Origin: Candidatus Omnitrophota bacterium
GTDB lineage: Bacteria; Omnitrophota; Gorgyraeia; Pluralincolimonadales; Pluralincolimonadaceae
Direction of reading: 5' to 3'
Length of the DNA stretch: 64,000 bases
Assembly (NCBI GenBank): GCA_041651455.1
Contig: JBAZJG010000009.1
Coordinates: forward strand, 16,450-80,449
The first letter of the stretch is position 1. The number at the start of each line of letters is the position of its first letter. The notes beneath the pieces are model-generated. The model was not told the origin of the DNA and did no database searches. It saw only the letters and a program-made list of their open reading frames with translations. Positions 40,248 through 50,331 of the stretch are shown piece by piece. Both the position numbers and the translations under genes were made by a program.

Positions 40248-42645
40248 GATATTGATATACGACGGCGCATTCGGCACGGTCCTGCAGGAGTCCGGGGCGC
40301 TGAAGGCGGGAGCCTGCCCGGAAGAACTGAACATATCGAATCCCGGGATAGTGAAAAAGATACACAGGGATTACATAAATGCGGGCGCGGATGTCATCGA
40401 GACGAACTCTTTCGGCGCCAGCAAACTGAAACTTGCCGCTTACGGCCTTGAGAAGGACGCCGACAGGATAAATTATGAGGCCGCGCGCATCGCGCGCTCT
40501 ATCGCCTCGGCGTACGCTTCAAGGAAGATATACGTAGCGGGCTCGGTAGGCCCGCTTGACAGGCAGATAACCCCGCTGGGCGACCTGTCGTTCGATGAGG
40601 CGGTCAAGGCATTCGAGGACCAGATAAGAAAACTTAAGGAAGGCGGATGCGACCTCATTATCCTCGAGACGTTTGCCGACATAAAGGAGCTCAAAGCCGC
40701 GGTGATAGCGGCGAAGGAGATCGGCGGGCTGCCCATACAGGCGCAGATGACCTTCGAGGGCGGCGAGCGCAGCACCTACGGCACGACCCCTGCGGCATTC
40801 GCGGTCCTGTTTAATTCGCTCGGTGCGGATATAATCGGCACGAACTGTTCGACCGGCCCGAAGGAACTGGTAAATGTCATAAAGGAGATATCCCCGAGGA
40901 CCGACAGGTTCATATCCTGCCAGCCGAACGCCGGGCTGCCGGAACTGCGCTCGGGCAAGACATTCTTCCCGGAGACGCCGAAGTCGTTCGCGAAATATGC
41001 GGTCACGTTCGCCAAGCTGGGAGTAAATGTGATAGGCGGATGCTGCGGTACTACGCCGGACCACATAAAAGAGATAAGATCCGCGCTGAAGAAGAGCAAA
41101 CCCGCGAAGAGGATATATGTGCCCGCCTTCAGGTTATCGTCGAGGACAAAGACGGTGGAACTCTGCGCTAAGACGAGGCCGCTCATAATAGGCGAGAGGA
41201 TAAACCCGACAGGAAAGAAAGACCTGCAGGAGGAGATCAAGCAGGGAAAGAACATAATCATAAGGCGCGAAGCGATAGAGCAGACGAGAAAAGGCGCGGA
41301 TATACTGGACGTGAACGTCGGCGTGCCTGGGACGCGGGAACAGGAGACGATGGCTCCCGCCGTTGAGGCGGTTCAGGCGGTCAGCGAGGCGCCTATATCG
41401 ATAGACAGCGCGAACCCGTTTGCGGTCGAGGCCGCACTTAAGGAAGCCGCGGGCAAGCCGCTAATCAATTCGGTCAACGGCGAGAAGGAGAAGACGGATT
41501 CGATCCTGCCGCTCGCGAAAAAATACGGCGCCGCGATCCTCGTGCTCGCGCTCGATAACCGCGGCATACCGAAGGACTGCGCCGCGCGCATAAAGATAGC
41601 GGAAGGGGTCATCAGGAAGGCCGTGGCGCTGGGCATACGTAAAGAGGATATTATAGTCGACCCGCTTACGCTTGCGATATCGGCAAAACCGGAGCAGGTC
41701 AAGGAGACGCTGAAGGCGATAAGGGCGCTGAAGAAGAAGGGTTTTTCGTCGTCCCTCGGCGTCAGCAATATCTCGTTCGGCCTTCCGAACAGGAGGAAGA
41801 TCAACGCGGACTTCTTCGGTCTCGCGCTGGCCTTCGGGCTGGATCTCGCGATAATCAACCCGAGCGACGACAACATGTTCTGGGTCGCCAAGCAAAAGAA
41901 GGGCCTGCGGGCACCGGATACCGGCGTAAAGAAGTTCCTGAAGGACGCGCTGAGCCCCGCGGCGGAGGCGTCGAAAAAAGGCATAGCCGCATCCTGCAAA
42001 GGCGCGCCCAAAGACGTCAGGGCCCGCCTGAAGGAAGCGGTCCTCTACGGGGACAAGGACAATATCTCCGCCTACGTAGAAGAGGCGCTCGCGCAGGGCA
42101 TAGGCCCTGCCGAGATAAACAGCAATATACTGATCCCCGCGCTCGAGGTTGTCGGCGAGAAGTTCGGCAAGAGGGAATATTTCCTGCCGCAGGTCATACT
42201 CTCGGCGGAATCCGTCCAGCGCGCGTTCGGCCGCCTGAAGAAAGAGATCAAGCCGGGCGAGCAGGAGGACAAGGGCACTATCGTGATAGCGACCGTGGAG
42301 GGCGACATACATGATATCGGCAAGAACATCGTGATATCCGTCCTCGAGAACCACGGCTACAAGATATTTGACCTCGGCAGGGGCGTGACGGCCGATGTCA
42401 TCATAAAAGAAGCGGTGAGGAAGAAGGCGGACATAATCGGCCTCAGCGCGCTGATGACTACGACGATGATACAGATGGAGCGAGTCATCAAGGAACTTAA
42501 AAAGAAGGGCCTTAATTTCAAGACGATAGTCGGCGGGGCTGTGGTGACCGAGGCGTTCGCGAAGGAGATAGGAGCGTCGGCATACGCGCGCGACGCGATC
42601 GAGGCGGTCAGTATCGTTAAGTCGCTGATGAAAGAAAGGTCGTGA
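40216..42645 (+). CDS. metH: Methionine synthase core (Hcy S-methyltransferase + pterin-binding + B12-binding domains), lacking the activation domain
   Basis: ILIYDGAFGTVLQE (homocysteine-binding N-terminus), a pterin-binding barrel, and the DxHxxG B12 motif (DIHDIGKNIV). The start is chosen at MKGILARLKNE. Confidence 0.8.
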   Translation: MKGILARLKNEILIYDGAFGTVLQESGALKAGACPEELNISNPGIVKKIHRDYINAGADVIETNSFGASKLKLAAYGLEKDADRINYEAARIARSIASAYASRKIYVAGSVGPLDRQITPLGDLSFDEAVKAFEDQIRKLKEGGCDLIILETFADIKELKAAVIAAKEIGGLPIQAQMTFEGGERSTYGTTPAAFAVLFNSLGADIIGTNCSTGPKELVNVIKEISPRTDRFISCQPNAGLPELRSGKTFFPETPKSFAKYAVTFAKLGVNVIGGCCGTTPDHIKEIRSALKKSKPAKRIYVPAFRLSSRTKTVELCAKTRPLIIGERINPTGKKDLQEEIKQGKNIIIRREAIEQTRKGADILDVNVGVPGTREQETMAPAVEAVQAVSEAPISIDSANPFAVEAALKEAAGKPLINSVNGEKEKTDSILPLAKKYGAAILVLALDNRGIPKDCAARIKIAEGVIRKAVALGIRKEDIIVDPLTLAISAKPEQVKETLKAIRALKKKGFSSSLGVSNISFGLPNRRKINADFFGLALAFGLDLAIINPSDDNMFWVAKQKKGLRAPDTGVKKFLKDALSPAAEASKKGIAASCKGAPKDVRARLKEAVLYGDKDNISAYVEEALAQGIGPAEINSNILIPALEVVGEKFGKREYFLPQVILSAESVQRAFGRLKKEIKPGEQEDKGTIVIATVEGDIHDIGKNIVISVLENHGYKIFDLGRGVTADVIIKEAVRKKADIIGLSALMTTTMIQMERVIKELKKKGLNFKTIVGGAVVTEAFAKEIGASAYARDAIEAVSIVKSLMKERS

Positions 42646-43505
42646 TGCATATGGAGCGCAGGAAGGTCACAATACCGGATATCCGGAAGAAGAAGCTCGA
42701 AGGCAAGAAGATAACGATGCTTACCGCCTACGATTACCCGTCCGGACGCCTCATAGACGAGGCGGGCATGGACATGATACTCGTCGGGGACTCGCTCGCG
42801 ATGACCGTACTCGGATACGAGTCGACGATACCCGTCACGATGGACGAGATGGTGCACCATTCAAAGGCCGCGAGGCGCGGCATCAAATACGCGCTGCTGG
42901 TCGGCGACATGCCCTTCATGACGTATAATATCGGGGAGAAAGAGACGATACGCAACGCAGGCAGGTTCATAAAGGAAGGCGGATGCGGGGCGGTCAAGAT
43001 AGAAGGCGGCGCGGAGATGGCGGATACCGTGAAGGCGCTCGTAAGGTCCGGCATACCGGTCCTCGGGCATATCGGCCTGACGCCGCAGACGGCGACACAG
43101 CTAGGCGGGTTCAGGGTGCAGGGCAAGGACGCCAAAAGTGCGCGCCTGCTCATCGATTCGGCGGTTGCCCTTGAGAAGGCCGGGTGTTTCGCGCTCGTGC
43201 TCGAATGCGTCCCTGACAAGCTCGCCGAATTGATAACATCAAAGCTGGAGATACCTACGATAGGAATCGGCGCCGGCCCGCATTGCGACGGGCAGGTCCT
43301 CGTGACGAACGATATGATAGGGATGTACGACAGGTTCACCCCGAAATTCGTGAAGAAATACGCCGACCTCTGGCCGCAGCTGGCGAACGCGTTCAGCAGG
43401 TACAGGGAAGACGTCGAGAGCGGGAAGTTCCCGTCGAAAGAGCACTGTTTCGAAATGAACAAGTCGGAGCTCAGGAAGTTAAAGACGAACAGGAGAGCCA
43501 AATGA
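42642..43505 (+). CDS. panB: 3-methyl-2-oxobutanoate hydroxymethyltransferase
   Basis: KITMLTAYDYPSGRLIDEAGMDMILVGDSLAMTVLGY. Confidence 0.85.
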   Translation: MMHMERRKVTIPDIRKKKLEGKKITMLTAYDYPSGRLIDEAGMDMILVGDSLAMTVLGYESTIPVTMDEMVHHSKAARRGIKYALLVGDMPFMTYNIGEKETIRNAGRFIKEGGCGAVKIEGGAEMADTVKALVRSGIPVLGHIGLTPQTATQLGGFRVQGKDAKSARLLIDSAVALEKAGCFALVLECVPDKLAELITSKLEIPTIGIGAGPHCDGQVLVTNDMIGMYDRFTPKFVKKYADLWPQLANAFSRYREDVESGKFPSKEHCFEMNKSELRKLKTNRRAK

Positions 43506-44467
43506 AGATAACGGTGATAGGCCCCGGCGCGCTTGGTTGTCTCGTTGCCGCTTCATTGGTGAAGTCCGGCGAGGATGTATGGCTTCTCGACAATGCCACG
43601 GAGCGCGCGAAAAAGATAAACAAGGACGGCATAAAGGTCGAGGGGACCGGCGAATTCAACGCGAAGGTCAGGGCGACCTGCGACGCGAAGGATATCGGCG
43701 TCTGCGAGCTCGCCATCGTCTGCGTCAAATCGTACGATACGGAAGACGCGATAAAAGAGGCGAAGCCGGTAATAGGCGACAATACGCTCGTGCTGACGCT
43801 GCAGAACGGCCTCGGCAACGAGGAGGCGATAGCCGAGATCATTGGCCAGGAGAAGGTAATAGGCGGCATAACTATGCACGGCTCTACATACCTCGCCGAC
43901 GGCCGCATACGGCACTCAGGCAAGGGCGAGACGATAATAGGCAGGTGGTATACCCCCGCGCCGCGCAAGGACGTAAAGAAATGGTATATACCGCGCCGCC
44001 GGCTTGAGGAAGTCGCCGCTGTCCTGAAGAAAGCAAATTTCGAGACAAAGATATCGGACAGTATAAAAGACGTCATCTGGTCGAAGCTCATAATAAATGC
44101 CGGAATAAATGCGCTTGGCGCCATCACGCGGCTCAAGAACGGCGACCTGTTCCAGTACGAGTGGACGAGGAATATCATGAAGCAGGCGGTCATGGAGGCG
44201 GTGAAGGTAGCGAAGAGGCGTCGTATAAGTTTGCAATATACCGATCCGGTAAAGAAGATAGAGTCCGTATGCTCCGCCTGCGGCAACAACATATGTTCGA
44301 TGCTGCAGGACGTGCTCGACGGGCAGCGGACGGAGATAGATTACATAAACGGCGCGATAGCTGCCGAAGGCGCGGGCCTCGGCATCGCCACGCCGGTGAA
44401 TTCCGTATTGACGGACATGGTGAAGACGTTGGAAGCGAGCGGTAAAAAACAAATCAACAAGGAGTGA
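43502..44467 (+). CDS. panE: 2-dehydropantoate 2-reductase
   Basis: MKITVIGPGALGCLVAASL (ApbA/PanE Rossmann N-terminus). The start is at the internal Met of the 43283 ORF. Confidence 0.7.
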   Translation: MKITVIGPGALGCLVAASLVKSGEDVWLLDNATERAKKINKDGIKVEGTGEFNAKVRATCDAKDIGVCELAIVCVKSYDTEDAIKEAKPVIGDNTLVLTLQNGLGNEEAIAEIIGQEKVIGGITMHGSTYLADGRIRHSGKGETIIGRWYTPAPRKDVKKWYIPRRRLEEVAAVLKKANFETKISDSIKDVIWSKLIINAGINALGAITRLKNGDLFQYEWTRNIMKQAVMEAVKVAKRRRISLQYTDPVKKIESVCSACGNNICSMLQDVLDGQRTEIDYINGAIAAEGAGLGIATPVNSVLTDMVKTLEASGKKQINKE

Positions 44468-44473
44468 CGCTAG

Positions 44474-45286
44474 ATGCATAAGGTTGTGGAAAAGAAGGTT
44501 TTAGCCAGCACCATAACCCTCCTCAAAGTCGAGGCGCCGATGGTTGTGCGCGAGGCAAAACCCGGGCAGTTCGTCATCGTGAGGTTGAACGAGTTCGCGG
44601 AAAGGATCCCGCTTACGATCTGTGACATCGACAAGGCAAAGGGGCACTTGACGATGATAATACAGGAACTCGGAAAGTCGACAAAGGACCTGTGCGCGGT
44701 AGAAACAGGCGGCCAAATACAGGATATACTCGGGCCGCTCGGTAACCCGAGCGAGATAGAAAAGTTCGGGACCGTAGTGATGATAGGCGGCGGCGTCGGT
44801 TCGGCGGAGCTTTATACCGTCGTCCGGGCGCTTAAAGATAGCGGGAACAAGGTAATAACCATTCTCGGCGCGAGGAACAAGGAACTCGTGATACTCGAGG
44901 ATGTCTTCAGGAAGCTTGCCGACGAGGTCATGATAACGACCGATGACGGCAGCTACGGCGAGAAAGGGCTCGTGACGGACGCGCTAAAGAAGCTCTTCGC
45001 GCGCGGCGAGAAGATCGACCGCATCATCTGCTGCGGCCCGATACCGATGATGAGGGCAGTGGTTGAGACCGCGAGGCCGACCGGCATACAGGCGATCGTT
45101 AGCCTCAACGCGATACTGCTCGACGGGACGGGCATGTGCGGGTCGTGCCGTTGCACTATCGAGGGCAAGACGCGTTTCTCGTGCGTCGACGGGCCCGAGT
45201 TCGACGGCTACAAGGTCGATTTCAACGAGCTCACTATGAGGAATAAGAGGTTTCTCGCTGAGGAAAGGAGAGCGCTCGAATCTTAA
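44474..45286 (+). CDS. nfnA: PyrK-like FAD / [2Fe-2S] oxidoreductase subunit (NfnA / SudB-like)
   Basis: Ferredoxin-NADP-reductase fold. C-terminal CGSCRC...C cluster motif. Paired with the GltD-like gene downstream. Confidence 0.55.
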   Translation: MHKVVEKKVLASTITLLKVEAPMVVREAKPGQFVIVRLNEFAERIPLTICDIDKAKGHLTMIIQELGKSTKDLCAVETGGQIQDILGPLGNPSEIEKFGTVVMIGGGVGSAELYTVVRALKDSGNKVITILGARNKELVILEDVFRKLADEVMITTDDGSYGEKGLVTDALKKLFARGEKIDRIICCGPIPMMRAVVETARPTGIQAIVSLNAILLDGTGMCGSCRCTIEGKTRFSCVDGPEFDGYKVDFNELTMRNKRFLAEERRALES

Positions 45287-45287
45287 C

Positions 45288-46679
45288 ATGGCTAAAATAT
45301 CACGTCAGGTACTGGGATGCAGGGAACCGAACGACAGGAACAAGGACTTCAAAGAAGTGGCTCTCGGGTTTACCGAAGAGCAGGCCGTCCTCGAAGCGCA
45401 GCGTTGCATAGCGTGCAAGAAGAAGCCGTGCTGCAGCGGATGCCCGGTAGAGGTGGATATTCCCGAGTTCATCAAGCTTATCGCCAAGAAGGACTTCAAG
45501 GGCGCGATACGGAAGATAAAGGAGAAGAATAACCTTCCGGCCATCTGCGGCCGCGTCTGCCCGCAGGAGACGCAGTGCGAGGCGGTCTGCACTTTTTCCG
45601 CCAAGAAGGAGTCCATAGCCATCGGCGCCCTCGAGCGTTTCGTTGCCGATTGGGAAGCGGGCAACCCGGAGGCGAAAGGGGCACCCGTATCGGGGGATAA
45701 GAAAGATATCAAGGTGGCGGTCGTCGGCGCAGGCCCCGCGGGCCTTACGGCCGCGGCTGACCTCGCGAGATACGGCTACAAGGTCACGTTGTTCGAGTCG
45801 TTGAGCAACAGCGGCGGCGTGCTCAGGTACGGAATACCGGAGTTCAGGCTCCCGAAGGTCATACTTGACAGGGAGACGGAGTATATAAGGTCGCTCGGCG
45901 TCGGGATCAACTACAACATTCTCGTCGGCAGGACCATAACCATAGACGACCTGTTCAGGGACGGTTACAAGGCGGTATTCGTCGGCTCGGGCGCGGGATT
46001 GCCGTATTTCCTCGGCATACCGGGAGAGAACCTTAACGGCGTCTACTCGGCGAACGAGTTCCTGACGCGCGTTAACCTCATGCATGCTTACGAATTCCCG
46101 AAATACAAGACGCCCGTCAAGATAGGCGAGCGGGTCGCGGTCGTCGGCGCGGGCAATACGGCGATGGACTGCGTACGCGTAGCGAAGCGCCTCGGCGCGA
46201 AGGACGCGATGATAGTATACAGGAGGAGCGAGCACGAGGCGCCCGCAAGGCGCGCGGAGGTAGAGCATGCTCAGGAAGAAGGGATCGAATTCCGTTTCCT
46301 GACCGCCCCTCTTTCCATAGAAGGCGACGAGAAGGGCGAGGTAAAGAGCATGACATGCATAAAGATGGAACTCGGCGAGCCGGATGCCAGCGGCCGCAGG
46401 CGCCCGGTACCGGTCAAGGGTTCCGAATATACAATGCCGGTCGATACGGTCGTTATAGCGGTCGGGCAGGGCCCGAACCCGCTTATACCGCGCACGTCAA
46501 AGGGTATCGCGGTGGACCAGAAGAGCGGCGAGCTTATCATAGACGAGAACTGCATGACGTCGATAAAAGGCGTATTCGCCGGAGGCGATATAACCACCGG
46601 CGAAGGCACGGTCATCGCCGCGATGGGCGCGGGCAAAAAGGCCGCAGCCGCGATGGACAGGTACCTTAAAGGAGCTTAA
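45288..46679 (+). CDS. nfnB: GltD-like NAD(P)H-dependent oxidoreductase subunit (NfnB / SudA / glutamate synthase small-chain family)
   Basis: Two N-terminal Cys clusters (CIACKKKPCCSGCP, CGRVCPQETQCEAVC). FAD/NAD dinucleotide motifs (VAVVGAGPAGL, VAVVGAGNTAMD). Confidence 0.6.
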   Translation: MAKISRQVLGCREPNDRNKDFKEVALGFTEEQAVLEAQRCIACKKKPCCSGCPVEVDIPEFIKLIAKKDFKGAIRKIKEKNNLPAICGRVCPQETQCEAVCTFSAKKESIAIGALERFVADWEAGNPEAKGAPVSGDKKDIKVAVVGAGPAGLTAAADLARYGYKVTLFESLSNSGGVLRYGIPEFRLPKVILDRETEYIRSLGVGINYNILVGRTITIDDLFRDGYKAVFVGSGAGLPYFLGIPGENLNGVYSANEFLTRVNLMHAYEFPKYKTPVKIGERVAVVGAGNTAMDCVRVAKRLGAKDAMIVYRRSEHEAPARRAEVEHAQEEGIEFRFLTAPLSIEGDEKGEVKSMTCIKMELGEPDASGRRRPVPVKGSEYTMPVDTVVIAVGQGPNPLIPRTSKGIAVDQKSGELIIDENCMTSIKGVFAGGDITTGEGTVIAAMGAGKKAAAAMDRYLKGA

Positions 46680-47758
46680 TGAAGAAAGCTTTTATAGCTT
46701 CCTTGCTGATAGCTGCCTCGGCAGCCGTAAGCGGTTGTTTTATCGATATCTCGGCGGTCTCGAAGATCAACGCCGACGGGTCGGGTTTCAGGATAACGAC
46801 CTATACGGCCGACGGCGCGAGCGAGAAAGAGGAGCTGCTGAAGTATTACATCCTTCCTGAGGGCGGCGGCTGGAAGCTTGACAGCTACGTCGAGGGCAAG
46901 CCGCCTCTTCATGTCTATGAGGTCAAGAGGGTATTCAAGGATATAAAAGAGCTCCCGCCTGACTACGTAAGGAAAGGCGCGGACCCGTCGAATGTCTCCG
47001 GCAACGAATGCTCCCTCGATATACGCAAGGGAATGGTCTTCACGACCTACAGGTACGAGGAAATTTACAGGGACTGCGCGGATGAGGCGAAGATCCGCGC
47101 GTTCTGCGAAGGATGGTACGGTTCGGCGCTCGAGGTGATGTCGGATGAGGTCGCCAAGGCCTTCCCGCGCTCCGTGAAGAAGGACGAGGTCAGGTCCTTC
47201 CTCGACGACAGGTTCAGGCCGTATTACGACCATTTCCTGAAGGCATTCCTCGCGAGCGGGCGCAAGTCGCTCGAAGGCAGCGACAGCGCCGCAAATAAGG
47301 CAAAGATGGATGAGTTCGAACGGCAGTACGAGGAGACGGTATTCGCCGGGTATATGGCCGATTATATCGTATCGGCCGACAAGGGCCAGGACAGGAAACG
47401 CGCCTACGATAAGCTGCTCGCGCTGCATAAAAAGATAGATGAGAGGCTCTCGGTCATGAGCGAGTCGCTCAACGAGAGCAATTACGGCGACGCGTTCGGC
47501 GTATATGGGTGGCCGCTATTCATGGGATACTCGTTCAAGGTCTCCGTCACGCTGCCGGGACAGGTGATCGAGGCGAACACGAACGACATCAAATCCGGCA
47601 CGGTGACATGGAAATTCAACAGCGATGATTTCCAGATGGGGGAACACAAGCTTACGGCGGTATCGCGGAAATTCAACCCGGCGGGCGCGGTGATAATAGC
47701 CGCAGGCCTGCTCTTGGCCGTATACCTGTCATACAGAGGAAAGCCCAAGAAGAAGTGA
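46679..47758 (+). CDS. Lipoprotein of unknown function
   Basis: Lipobox AAVSGC after the signal peptide. C-terminal TM helix. Confidence 0.45.
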   Translation: MKKAFIASLLIAASAAVSGCFIDISAVSKINADGSGFRITTYTADGASEKEELLKYYILPEGGGWKLDSYVEGKPPLHVYEVKRVFKDIKELPPDYVRKGADPSNVSGNECSLDIRKGMVFTTYRYEEIYRDCADEAKIRAFCEGWYGSALEVMSDEVAKAFPRSVKKDEVRSFLDDRFRPYYDHFLKAFLASGRKSLEGSDSAANKAKMDEFERQYEETVFAGYMADYIVSADKGQDRKRAYDKLLALHKKIDERLSVMSESLNESNYGDAFGVYGWPLFMGYSFKVSVTLPGQVIEANTNDIKSGTVTWKFNSDDFQMGEHKLTAVSRKFNPAGAVIIAAGLLLAVYLSYRGKPKKK

Positions 47759-48789
47759 AGAGAGTCGTTGTCGCAATGAGCGGCGGCGTTGATTCATCGG
47801 TCGCCGCTTTTTTATTGAAGGAGCAGGGCTTCGAGGTTATCGGGCTCACGATGCGGTTATGGGCCGATAACCGGCGTGCTGTCGCGGACGCGAAACGCGT
47901 CGCGGCTAAACTCGGCATACCGCACCATGTCATAGACCTTCGCAGGGAATTCGAGCGCGATGTCATAAGATATTTTTGCTCCGAATATATAAAGGGCAGG
48001 ACGCCTAACCCATGCGTAGTATGCAACAGGATGATAAAATTCGGCAAGCTCCTCGAAAAGGCAAAGATGCTGGGCGCGGACCTTCTCGCAACGGGCCATT
48101 ACGCGCGCATCGGACGAGACGCTGCGTCCGCGAGATTTTACATAAGGCAGGCCGCCGACAAGTCGAAGGACCAGTCGTATTTCCTTTTTGACCTGGGCCA
48201 GCGCCAACTTGCGAGATTGTCGTTCCCGCTCGGGGAGCTTGAAAAGAGCGAGGTAAAGCGGATAGCGAAATCCGCCGGGCTTAAAGCGGTGCAGGATAAG
48301 CCGGAGAGCCAGGACATCTGCTTTATTACGAGAAAAGGTTACAGGGAGTTCATCAGCGGCAGGGTCAAAGGCATAAGGCCCGGCAGGGTCGTCGATACCC
48401 GCGGGAAATATATGGGAACGCATAAAGGCATTGCGTTCTATACTATCGGGCAGAGGGAAGGGCTCGGGATAGCGGCGGGAAAGCCCATCTATGTCGTAAA
48501 GCTGAACCCGCGCAGGAACGAGGTCGTGGTCGGTGATGCCGCCGAGGTTAAGGGCAGGGAACTCACGGCTAAAAATATCCGTTGGATGTATAGGGCAGGG
48601 CTTTCAAGGCCGGTCCGCGCGCAGGCGAAGATAAGGTATAACCACTGGAAATCGGCATGCAGGATAACGCCCTTGTCGTCACGCAGGGTAAAGGCGGTAT
48701 TCGATGAGCCGCAGCATGCGATAACCCCGGGGCAGGCGCTGGTTGTCTACGATGGAGAGAAGATATTGGGCGGCGGATGGATAGAGTAG
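47755..48789 (+). CDS. mnmA: tRNA-specific 2-thiouridylase
   Basis: VVVAMSGGVDSSVAAFLL (PP-loop), MnmA architecture. Confidence 0.85.
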   Translation: MKRVVVAMSGGVDSSVAAFLLKEQGFEVIGLTMRLWADNRRAVADAKRVAAKLGIPHHVIDLRREFERDVIRYFCSEYIKGRTPNPCVVCNRMIKFGKLLEKAKMLGADLLATGHYARIGRDAASARFYIRQAADKSKDQSYFLFDLGQRQLARLSFPLGELEKSEVKRIAKSAGLKAVQDKPESQDICFITRKGYREFISGRVKGIRPGRVVDTRGKYMGTHKGIAFYTIGQREGLGIAAGKPIYVVKLNPRRNEVVVGDAAEVKGRELTAKNIRWMYRAGLSRPVRAQAKIRYNHWKSACRITPLSSRRVKAVFDEPQHAITPGQALVVYDGEKILGGGWIE

Positions 48790-49508
48790 CGGTCGCTTTC
48801 TCGGGAGGGGCGGATTCGGCCTTCCTTCTCAAGGCCATGAAGGATGCGCTCGGCCGCGGGAACGTCCTCGCCGTCACGGTCCGTTCGGAGTTCAGTACGG
48901 GTGCGGAGATTCGCGGCGCAGCTCGCCTGGCAAAGTCGCTCGGCATAAAACACGCAGTCATAACAGCGAAGCTGTTGTCCGACCCGAAGATCAGGGCAAA
49001 TACGCCGCTCAGGTGTTATTACTGCAAGAAGAAGATATTTTCGCTGGTAAGGAAGGAAGCCCTGAAAAGGGGATACAGGGTAGTTGTCGACGCGAGCAAC
49101 ATCGACGACAGGAAAGATTACAGGCCCGGGCGGCTAGCCCTGAAGGAGCTCGGTATATTTAGCCCGCTGGAGGATGCCGGAATGACAAAAGCGCGCATAC
49201 GCGTATTGTCGAAAATGGCCGGGCTTCCGACCTGGAATAAGCCGGCGGATGCCTGCCTCGCCACGAGGATCCCCTACGGAGAAAAGATCACGCGCGGGAA
49301 CCTGGAAATGGCCGAAAGGGCGGAGGATATCATCAGGCGCGATATCGGGGCAGGCCAGCTGAGGGTCAGGGTCCACGGGGACCTGGCGAGGATCGAGGTT
49401 CCGAAGGAACGGGTAAAGAAAGCCCTCGCGCTCGGCAGCAAAACGATAAAGGGGCTTCATGCGCTGGGTTTCAGGCACATAACCATCGATACGGAGGGTT
49501 ACAGGTGA
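48777..49508 (+). CDS. PP-loop ATP pyrophosphatase (LarE / TIGR00268-like)
   Basis: VAVAFSGGADSAFLL (SGGxDS PP-loop). Confidence 0.5.
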   Translation: MDRVAVAFSGGADSAFLLKAMKDALGRGNVLAVTVRSEFSTGAEIRGAARLAKSLGIKHAVITAKLLSDPKIRANTPLRCYYCKKKIFSLVRKEALKRGYRVVVDASNIDDRKDYRPGRLALKELGIFSPLEDAGMTKARIRVLSKMAGLPTWNKPADACLATRIPYGEKITRGNLEMAERAEDIIRRDIGAGQLRVRVHGDLARIEVPKERVKKALALGSKTIKGLHALGFRHITIDTEGYR

Positions 49509-50173
49509 AAAAGAAGGTCATTTTCTCGTGGAGCGGCGGCAAGGACAGCGCGCTCGCGCTTTACGAACTCGTACAAAGCGGGGAGTATGATATTGCCGCG
49601 CTATTGACCACCGTCACGAAGGATTACGACAGGATAAGCATGCACGGCGTAAGGACCGTCCTGCTCGAGAAACAGGCCAAGGCGCTCGGCATTACGCTCG
49701 AGAAGGCGCTGATGAAGAAGGGCGCGACCATCGAAGAAAACGAGTCGAAGATCCGCGAGGTAATGCAGAGGTATTTCGGCAACGGTGTCCTGCTCAACGC
49801 CGCGGGCGACATAGCGCTTGAGGACGTAAAGAAGTACAAGGACGACAACCTCGCGCGCATAGGCATGGAGGGGATATACCCGCTCTGGAAACGCGGCAGC
49901 GCGGAACTTGCCCGCAGGTTCATAGGCCTCGGTTTCAAGGCCGTGATAACATGCGTGGATTCGACCCTGTTGGACAAAAGCTTTGTCGGAAGGGAGTTCG
50001 ACGAGTCGTTCATCGCGGACCTGCCGGCGGGCGTAGACCCGTGCGGGGAGAACGGCGAGTTCCACTCGTTCGTATACGACGGGCCGATATTCCGTGAAAA
50101 GGTCGCTATCGCCAGGGGCGAGATTGTGTTAAGGGACAACCGCTATTACTTCTGCGACTTATTGCCAAACTGA
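49505..50173 (+). CDS. PP-loop ATPase of the MJ0570 / diphthine-ammonia-ligase-like family
   Basis: VIFSWSGGKDSALAL. Confidence 0.5.
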   Translation: MKKKVIFSWSGGKDSALALYELVQSGEYDIAALLTTVTKDYDRISMHGVRTVLLEKQAKALGITLEKALMKKGATIEENESKIREVMQRYFGNGVLLNAAGDIALEDVKKYKDDNLARIGMEGIYPLWKRGSAELARRFIGLGFKAVITCVDSTLLDKSFVGREFDESFIADLPAGVDPCGENGEFHSFVYDGPIFREKVAIARGEIVLRDNRYYFCDLLPN

Positions 50174-50219
50174 AGTATTTGTGATAATATAATCATCCTT
50201 ATCCCGCACAAAATATGAT

Positions 50220-50296
50220 GGCGGCGTAGCTCAGATGGTTAGAGCGAGCGGCTCATACCCGCTATGTCATCCGTTCAATTCGGATCGCCGCCACCA
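50220..50296 (+). tRNA. tRNA with a CAU anticodon (elongator Met or lysidine-modified Ile2)
   Basis: Cloverleaf folded by hand: acceptor GGCGGCG/CGCCGCC, anticodon loop CUCAUAC, TUC loop TTCAATT, 3' CCA encoded. The G1-C72 pair and anticodon stem make it a non-initiator. It lies 640 nt upstream of tilS. Confidence 0.8.
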
Positions 50297-50331
50297 GATT
50301 CATTCATAGAAAGCCCAAAAAGGAGGTACTC

